Of a DNA stretch of 64,000 nucleotides, positions 49,331-63,771 are shown piece by piece; within the stretch, counting starts at the first letter, position 1, and each line of letters starts with the position of its first letter. Under the pieces are notes generated by a model. That model was not told the origin of the DNA. It saw only the letters and a list, made by a program, of their open reading frames with translations, and searched no databases. Both the position numbers and the translations under genes were made by a program. The stretch is from Chrysomallon squamiferum (taxonomy: Eukaryota > Animalia > Mollusca). Where the stretch lies: NCBI GenBank assembly GCA_012295275.1, contig CM022668.1:6758001-6822000 (forward strand). The letters run 5' to 3'.

Positions 49331-51038
49331 ACATTTTTTTTTTATAGGATTAAATAAATAAATTAATTATTTTCTATTTTTAACTTTAAATCTAAATAAA
49401 TAAATAAATAAATATATAAAGACTTTTTCATTTTTGTGAAAGTTTTTTAATTACTGTTAGCACTTGTTAGCACTAGTAAAAAAAAAAAATGCTATGAAAC
49501 TATGATTAAATTTTTAACTTTTCCTTATATATAGTTGCTTCTTAATTTTGTACAGATTATATACTTTTCTGTACGAGAGCGTGGCTAAAAATAAGTAGTT
49601 AATAAAAATCTTCTATAATCTATCTCTTATTTATTTATTTATTTAAGAATAATAAAATCTATAAAAATAAAATTTAAATTTAAGAATGTAGAAATAAAGA
49701 AATTTACAAATATTTATACACACTTACTCTATTTTCTGATCGATAATCATTATAGTCACGTGACCTCCATGGCTCTCTTTCCAGAGTTGGTAGGATTCTC
49801 TCTTCTGTGTATAATCTACTAGGATAAACGCCTGATGGAATACTTCTCATGTCTACAGGAAAACTTTCTCGTTCATCTAGATTACGTGAGCTCCTTCTGA
49901 CGTATCTTTCCATAGTGTCAACGCCAGATGGAATACTTCTCATGTCTACAGGAAAACTTTCTCGTTCATCTTGATGACGTGAGCTCCTTCTGACGTATCT
50001 TTCCATAGTGTCGTCTTAGTTCGACCGGATGGATGAGGCATGTTCCATGGCAGATACCTAGAAGACTTCACGGAAATAAATAAATAAATAAATAAACAAA
50101 TATCTGTTTATATTTTAATATATTATTTCACTTCAAATGTAATTAGCTTTAAGTTTTATTATCTTTTATTCATAAATTTTCTTATTATTGTTACTTTTAC
50201 TTTATAAGATTTTCTATTTTACTTTCTTTGATTTTCTTGTTTATATCTGTGCCTGGTTATATGCGATTCAATTATATTATTAAATTTCATTTTGCTATAT
50301 TTTATTTTATTTTACTTTATTTTTACTTTAATTATTTGATGTTATTATATTTTATTTTGCTTTGCTTTGCTTTACTTTATCTTACTGTACTATATATAAA
50401 TTTATTTGACTTTATTTTACTTTCATTTTATTTATATAATTTTATTTCATTTCATTTCATTTTATTTTACTTCATTCCATTTTATTTTATTTTACTTCAC
50501 TTTATTTTACTTCATTTTATTTAACTTCGCCTTGCCTTGCTATATTTTATTTTAATTTGCTTTAGAATATATAAATTTATTTTATTATATTTTACTTTAC
50601 TATATTTTACTTCACTATGCATTTATTTTATTTTACTATGCAGAGCTATATCATACATTCATCAGAACTTCATAGTCGACTTTTGGACATATGAAAATAT
50701 TGACTTTGCTATCATCTGCAGACCCATTCTTTTCCCATCTAGCACTAAAGTCATTTCTTCCATGGGGTCCCGCCATGGAATAGCCGTCATTTCTTCCTTG
50801 GGGTCCCAGCCTGGAATAATCTTGTACTGGCGTATCTGTTGCCACATGTTGGCCATGGTGGGTGAGGGTAAGGTCGGGTGGGCTTATGACCGATACTGGA
50901 GTATCATTCCTGATCTTTTGGTCATGTCTATACAAATAAAATATAATTTTGATATAAACTGAGATATTAAAGTTTATTTTGAATTCGTAAAAATTCCTAT
51001 TTAATACATTTTCAGGGTTTTCTTCTTCAACTTACTGT

Positions 51039-51099
<61 letters not shown>

Positions 51100-51112
51100 G
51101 CTACTACTACTA

Positions 51113-51162
<50 letters not shown>

Positions 51163-52326
51163 ATTACTACCGTTACTGTCACATTTACTAGTAGCAATAC
51201 TACTGCTCCTACTACTGCTCCTACTGCTAATACTATTATTAAGCTTTACTGCTATTCTTATTATTGTTACTTCTGCTCTTACTACTACTACTGGTTCTGT
51301 TGCTACAACCACCGCTACTGCTTCTGCTGCTGCTACTGCTACGTTTACCATCATTACTAGTATTATTACTATTACTATTACAAGGACCACTGGTTTTATT
51401 GCTGCCTCTACTATTATTACTGTTTCTACCACTACTAGCTCTGTTACTACCACTACAACAACAACAACAACTACTACTACTATTAACAGTTACAATAGGA
51501 AACAAATACAATTATTTCGAATATATCATTCATTTGTTACACAATTCATGAGAGCCAGGTTAGAACAGGATATCTTATTGCTTCTGTTTCTTCTCTTCAT
51601 TTGTTCTCCGACAACAAAAGCTCATGAGCGAAATGAAAAGGATCAAATTGACTCCACCCGCAACACCAACTGCAACAGCTAAGATGTGTAATAAATTAAT
51701 TTTGAGTCTTTCCGTCACCACTTCACAAAGATCTCCGCTGTAGACGTACTTATTTGTGTCCACACATCTGAAATAGAGTAACATTTTCAGGTCTGAAATA
51801 GTACAGACAGACAGAGAGACAGACCGTTATTTAGTTTTGCTTTGTTAATATAAAGTTTAAAAAAAATTAATTAACAAATAACACACATATTTTGTTTCTT
51901 GTTTGTTTTTGTTTTCGTAAAAGAACACCACATCAAAGTACACCAAAATACAAATCAGATCGACAGAAATACAAAGATATTTGGATGCCATAGATAGGAC
52001 ATACATGATGTGTATCATAACACATACGTGAACACACACACACAACAAACTAATATTATGTAAATGAGACACGCACGCACGCACGCACAAACACACACAT
52101 ATATTTACAGATAGACAGATAAATATATAGATATATAAATATATTTAGAGAAAGATAAATAGACACAGAGAGAGATAGACAAATTCACATATTGGTATAT
52201 AGATATATAGATAGGCGGACAGACAGGCAGACTGACAAACAGACAGACAGATAGACAGACAGACAGATAGGCGGACAGATAGATAGGAAGATACAAAGAT
52301 ATATAGATAGATAGCTAGTCATACAG

Positions 52327-52400
<74 letters not shown>

Positions 52401-53912
52401 ATAGATAGGTAGATAGATAGATAGACTGAAGACGTTCATTTAAAAGAGAAAACTATGATTCGTTATTTAATTCACTAATAACAATGCTATCGAACCAACA
52501 GTTTATCATTAATGGCAATAAGAGAGAGAAAGAGAGAGAGACTACTTCTGAATCTATGATCGAATTCACAATTTGTATATGGTAAACTACATTTATATAA
52601 TATTTACATGAAAGTGCGAAAGTCTGTTTAGAAGACACGAAAGTGGCCGCAGGAAGGATTCTTTTCGTAGTTCGTGTTGAAGTTATGAGCGTCTCGATTC
52701 AGTTGTCTCCGAAGTCTTCTCTGAATAATAGAAATAATATTCATCCACTGTTAGTCTATGTACTGAGAATAAATCAATAATTTTTTTACAACATTATTTA
52801 TGTATTTATAGATACATATGCTTGAATATATATACACTATATCTTAAACGTACTAACAAACATACAAAATATACTGTTAAGCAGTACATATGTGAAAATA
52901 TAATACATACAATTAAACTTTTCCTCGAAACTAAAAGGAAATGACCGCGATCTTTGAACTGAAAACCTTTTATCTGACGGGTTTGTGAGGTCTCGATTCG
53001 ACTTTATCCTCTTGCGCCAGTGCGTTGTCTAATATTATCTTTTTACACTCGGAAGTGTTTTGACCCAGTGAATAGTTAACACACATTTTCTTAGTGAAGG
53101 TAAAAAAAAATGTTAGACAAAAAGCAAACAAGTAGTTAATAAAATTGTACATCTTCATGTCTAAATTAAAATTAGTTATTTTATTAACGTTTTATTGTTT
53201 TTATACATATATGTAATTTATATACTGTCATACAATTGTAGTACACACAATCAAGTGAATATATATATATATATTAAAATCGTTTTGAAATAAAAATGTT
53301 GTTGTTTGTTGTTGTTTCTGGGAACCGATGAGCCACGCAATAAACTTCTGATTAAAAACTGGTAGCGACTACTGTTTCAATCATCTAGTTTTCGCCGACA
53401 ACGGCAGCAGGGAATTTATACACAACCCCTAAATGTGATACCGAGCGTCTTAGACAAAAAGCAAACAGCTATTATCATCATCAAATTAAAACCAGTTATT
53501 TATCTTTCATATTACTAATCACAGACTGTCAGGAATTGTAGTTGACAAACAAGTGAATACTTTTTATAAATTAAAATCAATAAAATTTCTTTGTTCTGTT
53601 CTAGGTTTTCTTCTTTCAGTTTTTTCATCATCTAGTGATAATTATAACTACTATATATACTTATATATACGTATATATATACAAATGCATGTGCCAATGT
53701 ATATATATATATACATACACACACATGTACACGTCTATATAATACGTATATATATATATACATACATACTGATATACACGTTCATAAATAGATACACATA
53801 CATACAGATGTAAACACACCTATACATGCATACACACATACAGCTGTAGCTCACAAAGAGATATTTATTTTATAATTGCTGGATGCTAGTTAACTGACTT
53901 CAATGACTTTAC

Positions 53913-53954
53913 TCACTGATGGATGAAAGATATCTGAGGCCTTCTTATTTCAAA
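53913..53954 (-). pseudogene. Orphan last exon of mucin-SEA gene
   Basis: tttcag|FEIRRPQISFIHQ*. Confidence 0.65.
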
Positions 53955-53974
53955 CTGAAATAATGATAATAATA

Positions 53975-54043
<69 letters not shown>

Positions 54044-54448
54044 ACAACAACAACAATAATAAGAATAATAAAACAACAACAAAAATAATTTATACATTTT
54101 CAATTTTCAGCTGACGTTCTGGAATAAAAAAAAACATCAGAAATTAAATCAGTTTTTATATACCAGTAAATAAATGAATTAATTGTTTTCTATTTTAACT
54201 TTAAAACTAAAACATTTGTTTAATAAATTCTGTTTCTTTAAAGAAATCATTTCTTTAATAGATTGTGTATCTTTAAAGAACCCATTTCTTTAATAAATTA
54301 TGTTTCTTTAAAGAAACCATTTGTTTAATAAATTCTGTTTTCTTTCTTTAATAGATTGTGTATCTTTAATAAACCTTGTTTCTTTAATACATTATCTTTC
54401 TTGACCCTGTTTCTTTAACAGATTAAAATAGTCCTCTTTCTTATTTCA

Positions 54449-54669
54449 TTAAAAAGCTGGGTTATCTTGTCCTTTTTTGTTTGTTCTCGCCTTGTCAGAC
54501 TCTGTTTCTGGAAGCTTTGATGATCCAAAAGCTTTTCCTTGTTTCCTTCAGAACAAAAGAATATATTCATTAACAGAGAGATATATTTGCAAATATATAA
54601 AAACATGCTGTAACACAGAAAAGGATTTTAAAAAAAATATTATTCTTGTTACTTTTAAAATTATTATTA

Positions 54670-54725
<56 letters not shown>

Positions 54726-54940
54726 ATTATTATTATTACTTCTGTTTTGTAATGTTATACAGCCACAATCAGCAGCAACAACAACACCACTTGAAAATGA
54801 TCTAAATAAATAAATAAATAAATAAAGGATAAAAAATTAAATAAAAGCCTGAAAACTGCTGATATTCCCAATACTTCCAAAAATACTTTACAACATTTGT
54901 AGTGAATTTTACAAAAATCATCCAAAATCTGAAAGGCCCA
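54449..54940 (-). pseudogene. TSP1-TM gene remnant
   Basis: Terminal exon 54449-54545 KQGKAFGSSKLPETESDKARTNKKGQDNPAF* with intact AG; TM exon ~54740-54795 degenerate; no TSP1 exons. Confidence 0.7.
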
Positions 54941-55127
54941 ATTGTCAATGAAGTGAACAGACAAACAAACATATAATTCAATAATAATATATTTAGATGT
55001 ACAAAAATAATTAAGTATGTACAAGAGAAATTTCGAATTTTTGTTTAGATAATTAAGTTGGTTTATCTTCCGGAAGAATAAAACGGTGAAGGACATGTGA
55101 GTCCAGTAACCAACTATGTTTTATTAC

Positions 55128-55161
<34 letters not shown>

Positions 55162-57899
55162 TATTATTATTATTATTATTATTTGATCAGTTGAAAGAAT
55201 TCACGGATTTTCTTAAGATCATAATGAAATTCACTGATCTTCCGATTTATTGAAAGGATTGAGTTATTTCATGTCATAGTCAGTGCCTAAGATGGGACAG
55301 GAATTACACATTTTTGAACTGTGACATTAATTGTGTAATCTGAGTTATTTATTCATTTACAAACATATTTTGCAAAGGCAGACGGATTTACCGTTCAGCC
55401 AACGAGACAACCTTAGAAAAACATTGCTCAATAACGAGGTAATCATCGCTTGCCAAGAAACACGCCGTTCTTTGTCTTTCGTCATTCTAGTGTGCTTATA
55501 GTTTTTGTGGGAAAGCTGGCACTGGTAAGTATGTTCTTTAGGACTTCGAATATTGACATATGTAAGTATATATGTATATATGTTAAAAAAATACGCCGTT
55601 AATGACTACAGATTACTTTGTCTAATAACAGTATAAAAAACAAGGGGAAAAAGCATCTTAATTTCTCCCGCTGCCAAACGCTTATCAAAGCAAGGCCAAA
55701 GTTTCAGTGTTCTCTTATGTGACCTCCGAGTTTATCAGACGGAACCGCCATCTTGTGTAACAATTCGCTTGTCGCTTCTTCTCCCTAGATCAGGAGACTA
55801 ACCTCGGTGAGTTTAAAATGGCGGAATCAGTGGAAAAAAAGCCAATAGTGGATAAATTTCACATTGATAAATAAATTGGTCAAAACGGTCAAGGATGTTA
55901 ATTAAGGTAATTTGTTAAATTATAAAATATATATATTTAAAATTTCGTCATCGCGTATTTTCCTGTAAAAGAGTATTACGGATGATCCTATAGGATTTAA
56001 AATATTTTCATTTTTGATATAACTAATTACTAATGTATCACTCGTCCTGGTTTTCAAAGCTACTCTGACCGATTTCCTTTAAAATTTTCGTGAATTCTAT
56101 ATTATTACTGTATCGTTTATCCTAATTTTCATTCATTATATGATTAACACTAAATTATTAATGTATCATTCGTTCCTGATTTCATTTTATTATTTAATTG
56201 ACATTAAATTATTAATGTATTATGAGCATATCATTTTTCCTGGTTTTCATTCATTATTTAATTAGATGTAAAGGAGCAGTGTCTGAAGATGATCAAGAAG
56301 AGTGTCTGGAAATACACAAAACCAGTGTCTGGGAGAAATACAAGAACAGTGTCTGGAGATATGCAAGAAAAATGTCTGGAGATGCACAAAAACGGTGTCT
56401 GAATAGGCGTAAGGAAAATGTCTGTAAAACAGTTTCTTCAAATGTGATAGAAGAACATGACTCGGTGTGTTGAATAAATGAATGTTAATAAGTGAATCTA
56501 TGTCTGGTGATGATAACAGACGCAAACTATTTTATTAATTTTATTTTACTTTTGTGAACTATGCACATATTTCATCATGTAAATGATATCAAATACACCG
56601 ATGATATATATATATATTTCAACATGTAAACGATATCAAATATACTAATTTTATATATATATATGTATGAATGTATATATGTATGTATGCATGTATTCAT
56701 GTATGTATATATATGTGTGTGTATATGTGTATATACATTAAAGAAAAAGGGTATGTTAAATAAATATATTTATTAAAAACCAGGGAATATTTAAAGAATT
56801 GATACATTAAAGAAAAAGAATACATCAAAGAAAGAGAATTAATACAAAGAAAGAGAATCTATTTTTAAAAGAGGGTCTGTTAATGAATATAGTAAACAAA
56901 AACATGTTATTAATAAATCACAACACATTAAAGAATTAATATATTGAAGAAGTTGAGTCTATTAAAGCATGGTAATCTATTACACAAAACTAATGTGTTA
57001 AAGAAACAGGTTCTACTAAAGAAACGATGTCTGTTAAAGATGAGATATTAAAGACACAAAGTTGTTTATAAAAATAAAAAAATGAACAAGAATACATTGC
57101 AGAAATATAATAAAGAAAATCTTTAAAGAAATTAAAGAAAATCTATTAAAAAGCAAAACAACAAAAGTGTCTATTAAAAAAAACAGAGTCCATTACAGAA
57201 AAAGAATCTATTAAAGAAAGAAGGTTTGTTAAGTAAAGAGAACCTGTTAAAGAGACAGGATATATTTAAGAAACATTTAGTTACCATTGATGACTATGAA
57301 CTAGGCTAATCCTAGTCAAAACATATTTTCTAAATTTTACAGAAGATAATTTTGTTTTATTAGCATCATGATAATTTCTCAAACACTGCTAACATTATTC
57401 AGTAGAATATCAAGTTTGTCTAAACGAAGTAATAATAATAACGAAAAAACGTTCAAAGCAGTAATTTGTATTTAATCAACTACAAATACATTGTACAAAG
57501 TACAAACAGACAATGTTATACTATGGTTATGTGAACATTATTTTGAAATTTTGTGTATTTTTTTTTTACTAATTACTACTATAACTAATTCTACTGCTGC
57601 TACTACTACTACTACTGATAATATTACCATCATCACCAATAATAATAATAATATTTTTTAATTTGTTTCATTAACTTGTATATAATATATATCCGATTAT
57701 ATATAATATTTTATGCATATATGTATATAAAAAAGAAAAGTTATTAATCAATTAATTAATTAATTTATTTATTTATTTATTTATCTAATATATTTATTTA
57801 TTTCAAAATAATATAAGGTACAACAAACATGCGGTTTAAGTACAAAAAGCAAACAGCTATGTATCATCATCTAATTAAAAACAATTATATCTATCTATC

Positions 57900-57930
<31 letters not shown>

Positions 57931-58536
57931 TCATATTGCTAATCACGGTCAGCAATTGCAGTGGACAATCAAGTGAAAACATTTTGTAAATTAAAATCAA
58001 TAAAATTTCTTTGTTCTGTTTCACGTTTTCTTGTTTCAGTTACTGTTTTCTTTTTAATCTTCTTCAAAACTGGAAGAAAATACTGATAATTATAACTACT
58101 ATGACACACACACACATGCATAGATATACACACAGATATAAACATTCATAAATACATGCATACACTCATATACATACAATACACGCATATACATGCATAC
58201 ATACATACATATAAAAATACAAACATATATATAAATACTTTCATACATGCATGCAGACAAACAAACATTTATAGACATACATACATACATATATATAAAT
58301 ACAGATACGTATATATACAAACATACATACGTACGTGCATACATGCATACATACACACACACATACATAAAATCATACATACATACACACATACATACAT
58401 ACATACACACACACATACATACATACACACATACATACATACATACATGCATGCATACACACATACATACATACATACATACAATCATACATACATACAC
58501 ACATACATACATACACACACACATACATACATACAT

Positions 58537-58569
<33 letters not shown>

Positions 58570-58681
58570 TACATACATACATACATACATACATACATAC
58601 ATACATACATACATACATACATACATACATTCCAGTTGTAGTAGAACAAGATATATTATTAACTTCAGTGACTTTACTCAC

Positions 58682-58723
58682 TTAGTGCTGGTTAAAAGAT
58701 AGCTGAGGTCTTCTTATTTGAAA
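58682..58723 (-). CDS. Second mucin-SEA-EGF-TM gene: last exon
   Basis: tttcag|FQIRRPQLSFNQH*. Confidence 0.75.
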   Translation of the reverse strand, partial: FQIRRPQLSFNQH

Positions 58724-58727
58724 CTGA

Positions 58728-58795
<68 letters not shown>

Positions 58796-59164
58796 AATAA
58801 TAATAATAATAACAATAACAGTAATAAAACAGTAATAAAAAGTACTTTATACATTTTCAGTTTTCACTGAAAATAGTTTTTTGTTGTTGTTTTGTTTATT
58901 CTTTTTCTATAACTCTAATTGATTAATATATTTTCTATTTATGACTTTAAATATAATTAAATAAATAAATAAATAAATACATATCTATGAATATATTATA
59001 ACTACTACTAGTACTGGTCAATAAAACAGTCTATATTATGAAACTAAAGTCAATTTTTTTTTCTTTCTGCACTTGCAGGTGAGAGATACGTTTTATATAT
59101 ATAAACGAACTAATTTTGAAAGATATTACTGCAACAACACAAAACAAATATATAAAATACGTAC

Positions 59165-59653
59165 ACGAGTTTCTGGTAATCGATGCTGGTACATTGCTGG
59201 CGTTCTTTCTTCATTTTCTCTGTTAGGAGCACCAAATCTAGCTCCTGACTGATTTTCTTTCGACTGCCATCTCCTTTCATTTTCCAATTCTAAATGGCGG
59301 TCCTTTTCAGCAGAATACTTAAGTCCAGCGTATCCTCCTTCGTAACCGAACTTTCGTTCTCCTTCGATGACGTAATTATCTCTCAGTTGTCCCTCTTGGC
59401 CTTCCACATCTCTGGAATACCCGTCCGTCACTCGTCCAGTATGGCTCACAGGATCAGTGCGATAATCATGATAGTCACGTGGTCTCCGAAGCTCGCTTTG
59501 CACAGTTGGATAAACGATTGCTGGACCACTTCTCCTGTCTACAGGAACAGTTTCTCGTTCATCTTGATGACGTAAGTTCATTGTGACGTCTGTTTCATTA
59601 GTGTCGCCATAGCCACCGTTTGTTCGACTGAATTGATGACGTGCGTTCCATGG
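59165..59653 (-). CDS. Second mucin-SEA gene: tail exon 2
   Basis: 489 nt open, PWNARHQFSRTNGGYGD...MYQHRLPETR|gtacgt; uses in-frame TACCAG acceptor because the homologous AG at 59669-59670 reads TG. Confidence 0.7.
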
Positions 59654-59671
59654 CTGGTACGTAAAAGACAG

Positions 59672-59710
<39 letters not shown>

Positions 59711-60285
59711 GTAAATAAATATCTGTTTATATTATATTATACTATTTCAATTCAAATGCAATTTGCTTTGTTTTATTCTTTTACTGCTAGATGTTCTTAA
59801 TTATTGTTATTTTAACATTTCATTTTATAACAAAAATTAATCACATATAACCAGGCACATATATAAACATGAAAATAAAACAAAGTAAAATAAACAATCT
59901 TATAAAGTTAAAGTAACAATAATAAGAAAATGTATCAGTAAAAGATAATTAAATAACAGTAATTTATTTTCATTTTATTCTTGCTTAAATTTAAATTATT
60001 TAAATTTGTTTTATTTTACTTTGCTTTGCTTTACTTTATTTTCTTTACTATAAATAAATTATTTTACTTTATTTTACTTTATAATACATTAATATATATA
60101 ACTTTAATTTTATTTTTATAATTTTATTTTAATTTTTGTTATTATTCTTTGTTTTGCCTTCCTTTATTTTAATTTTCTTTAGTATATACGTACTTTTTTT
60201 TTTGTTTTTTTTTGTTTTTTTTTTTGTATTATATTTTACATTACTATATATTTATTTTATTTCACTGTCCAGAAATATACCATAC

Positions 60286-60736
60286 CTTCATCACATGTTC
60301 ATCGTCGCTTTTTGGAGATCTGACAATATTGACTTTACTATCATCTGCAGACCAGTTCTTTTCCCATCTAACACTAAAGTCCTTTATTCCCTTGTGTCCC
60401 AGCATGGAATATCCGTCATTTCCTCCTTGGGGTCCCAGCATGGAATGTCCGTCATTTCCTCCTTGGGGTCCCAGCATGGAATACCTGTCATTTCTTCCTT
60501 GGGGTCCCAGCATGGAATATCTGTCATTTCTTCCTTGGGGTCCCTGCATGGAATGTCCGTCATTTCCTCTTTGGGGTCCCTGCATGGAATATCCCTCATT
60601 TCTTCCGAGGGGTTCCAGCATGAAATAATCATGTACTGACGTATCTGTGGCCCCGTCTTTGCCGTAGTGGGCGAGGGTAAGGTCGGGTGGGGTTCTGTCA
60701 GAAACTCGAATGTTATTCCTGCTCTTTTGGTCATCT
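60286..60736 (-). CDS. Second mucin-SEA gene: tail exon 1 with seven 12-aa repeats
   Basis: gtatag| ... |gtatgg, 451 nt; 36-nt tandem unit (Y/H)SM(L/Q)GPQG(R/G)ND(G/R). Confidence 0.8.
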
Positions 60737-61007
60737 CTATACAAATTCAATATCATCTTGATATAAATTCTGATATTATAATTTTAATTCATTCAGATTC
60801 TTATTTAATACATTTTCACACTGGCCATATTTAGAAGAATCTTTTCTACTTCTATTTACGGTTATTACTACTACTACTACTACTAATGTTAACACTACTA
60901 CTATCATTACTACTAGTACTACTCTCATACTACTACTACTATCGCAATTATTCTTACAGCCATGAGACCCAGTTTAGAACCGGATAAATTCAAAATGGAT
61001 GTCTTAC

Positions 61008-61196
61008 TGCTTGTGTTTCTTCTGTTCCTTTTTTCTCTGACAACAGACGCACACGAGAGCAACGACAAGGATGAAAATGAGTCCTCCCCCAGCCCCAGCT
61101 GCAATAACTATGATGTATGTTGACGTCATTTTTAGCCGTTCCGTCACTACGTCACAACGCTCTCCGCTGTAGACGTACTTATTTGTGTTCACACAT
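61008..61196 (-). CDS. Second mucin-SEA gene: EGF end plus TM exon
   Basis: 189 nt, canonical splice sites; protein identical to 30026-30214 except KH>ER. Confidence 0.9.
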
Positions 61197-61290
61197 CTGA
61201 AATAGAGTAATAATTTATGTCTGACATAGTACAGACACACAGAGAGACAGACCGATGTTTAGTCTCACTTTGTCAATATAAATCAAAAAA

Positions 61291-61325
<35 letters not shown>

Positions 61326-61664
61326 ATATATATATATATATTTTGTTTGGTTGGTTGTTTGTTTTGGTCTTCGAAATACAACACATACTCAAATCAGATC
61401 GACAAAAATAAAAAATATTTGGATAAATGGATAGACTGACCGACAGACGAAAAGATAGGTACACATCACACAGACACACACACACACACATGAATATTGT
61501 CTAAGTGCAATCTCATTATACGTATAAAATGCAAAAGAATATCCATTCCTAAACATAAAATATGCATATATGCAGATACACGTACGTATGTACATAATAC
61601 ATATAAACACAGGAAAAACAAGCACCCACACAAACACACACACACAGACACATCTGGATATACT

Positions 61665-61702
<38 letters not shown>

Positions 61703-61765
61703 TAGATAGAGAGATAGATAGATAAATAGATAGATAGATAGATATACCACAAGTATGATAATAAC

Positions 61766-61925
61766 CTGCACATTGGCTTTCCTTGTGCAGTTAAAACGCA
61801 TTGTCCGCTGTTCTCACATGTGTAGTGTAAACATTGGCTAATACATTTCAGTTTTGTTGAGTCACATTTGTATCCAGTCTCGCAGACGTCGACAGCTTTA
61901 CACGGGTCACTCACAGTGTCTGCAA
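61766..61925 (-). CDS. Second mucin-SEA gene: EGF-like exon
   Basis: 160 nt; VADTVSDPCKAVDVCETGYKCDSTKLKCISQCLHYTCENSGQCVLTAQGKPMCR. Confidence 0.88.
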
Positions 61926-62261
61926 CTACAAACACATCTGCTCATTTAGTATCCACAGTAAATTAAAAAACTTCATGTGACTCCTGAATATAGTGGTGTG
62001 TGTAGATGAAAGCACAGACGAATCGATGATTAGTATGTATGTATCTCTGTGTTTGTATGTATGCATGCATGGATGTGTGTCTACCTTTGCATATGTATGT
62101 ATGTATGTATATGTATATGTATATGTGTGTATGTGTAAATATATATATATACATATAAGCATTACATACATACTACAGCAATACATACACACATAAATAT
62201 TATATACATACACAGATACATATATATATATAGATATAGATAGATAGATACATACATACAT

Positions 62262-62360
<99 letters not shown>

Positions 62361-62503
62361 TTATTGCTGTATAGATTTAATGCTTATTAGATCCGGTATA
62401 TTGAAGAAGTATTGCTTTAATCAACAGATTTGTATAACAGCATGTATATGTTTGTATCTGAGTAGATGTAAAACAAAACGTATAAATTTATAAAGACTTC
62501 TAC

Positions 62504-62682
62504 CTTCAGATGAAAAGTTCTTGAGAGACGAGTTGAGGTATTCGTCATCTAAGTTAAGATCATATTTTGAAGATGTTGATATTATACTGCGTCTAAGTGA
62601 GATTTTTACAGCATTTACAGTTTCATGTACTGAAATGGTAGCCCGGAAAGCGTTTTCAAAGTCACAAATAACAGAACCTTTC
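62504..62682 (-). CDS. Second mucin-SEA gene: SEA exon 3 (KGSVIC)
   Basis: 179 nt, canonical sites, paralog of 28716-28894. Confidence 0.88.
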
Positions 62683-63205
62683 CTGCAGAAAGAAAGATTT
62701 ATGTTAGAAAAAATCAGTTTTTATAATTTAATACTCAGAGAGATTACTAGAATGAGTGATTGAATGAAGGAGTAAACGAACAAATGAATAACGGATGAAT
62801 GAATGAATGAGATTTGATTAACGATTGTTCAGTTATTGTTCAATATTTGTAGTCTTTGCATGTAAAAATTATTTTCCTCATATAATGTCAACGATATTTT
62901 TTCAGATAATGATATATTCCATTTCGTGTCTATTCAAAATGCGGATATTTTTCTCAGAATGAAAAAAAAAAGTATTTTTTATCATAATTACATTGTATCC
63001 CCATAAATAATATTTTTATCCATAATGATATGATGACCAAAATGATGTAGTGCCTATAACAATATCATTTCTCTTAATGTTTTCACCTATAAAATATATT
63101 AACTCGTAACGATATTTTTACCCTTCACAATTTTGTTTCTATAAGTATTTTACCCTTACTGATATTTTTTTCCCTTAATGATATTTTTTCTCATAAATTT
63201 CTTAC

Positions 63206-63264
63206 CTCAGTTCCTTTATTCTGATATACATAAATCCAGACATTTTATCAAAAGCTTCTGTTAG
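63206..63264 (-). CDS. Second mucin-SEA gene: SEA exon 2
   Basis: 59 nt; LTEAFDKMSGFMYIRIKELR|gtaaga. Confidence 0.85.
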
Positions 63265-63771
63265 CTGAAAAGAAAAGATTTCGAATTAGTACGTTTTGTA
63301 TTAGTTTAAATATTTGTATGATTGTGCGTATTTGCGTATATATTTGTGAGGTTGTGTGTATGTATGTTTATCGGTGTGTGTCTAAATGTGTGTTTGTGTT
63401 AGTATTTGGTGCGTGTGCGTTTATGTGTGTGAAAATGTAAATGTGTTCGTGAGTGTATGTGTGTTTTATTTATAACTATGTAAAAACGTATTCTTATTTG
63501 CTTGAGTTTTTGTGTATTCGTATGTCACGTGTATGTATTTTGTGTATATTTGTAAACGTTTAGTGTGTTTTCTATGTGTGTGGATGTATCATACGTTTAC
63601 AAAAAATATATCATTTTAGGCAAACCTATCACAGTTTTGTTAAGTCTGTGAGTGTTAATATATAAATGGGTCTGTGTGAGTGTGTGTTGGTGTGTGTGTA
63701 TGTGAGTGTGTGTGTGTATGTATGTGAGTGTGAGTGTGTGTGTGTGTTTCAGTAAGAAGTGTAATACTTAC

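Noticed and set aside
55700-55850. YY1-like AAAATGGCGG and CCGCCATCTT motifs (also ~5991-6001) as a promoter
   Set aside because: Short motifs without TSS evidence; could be chance or transposon-derived
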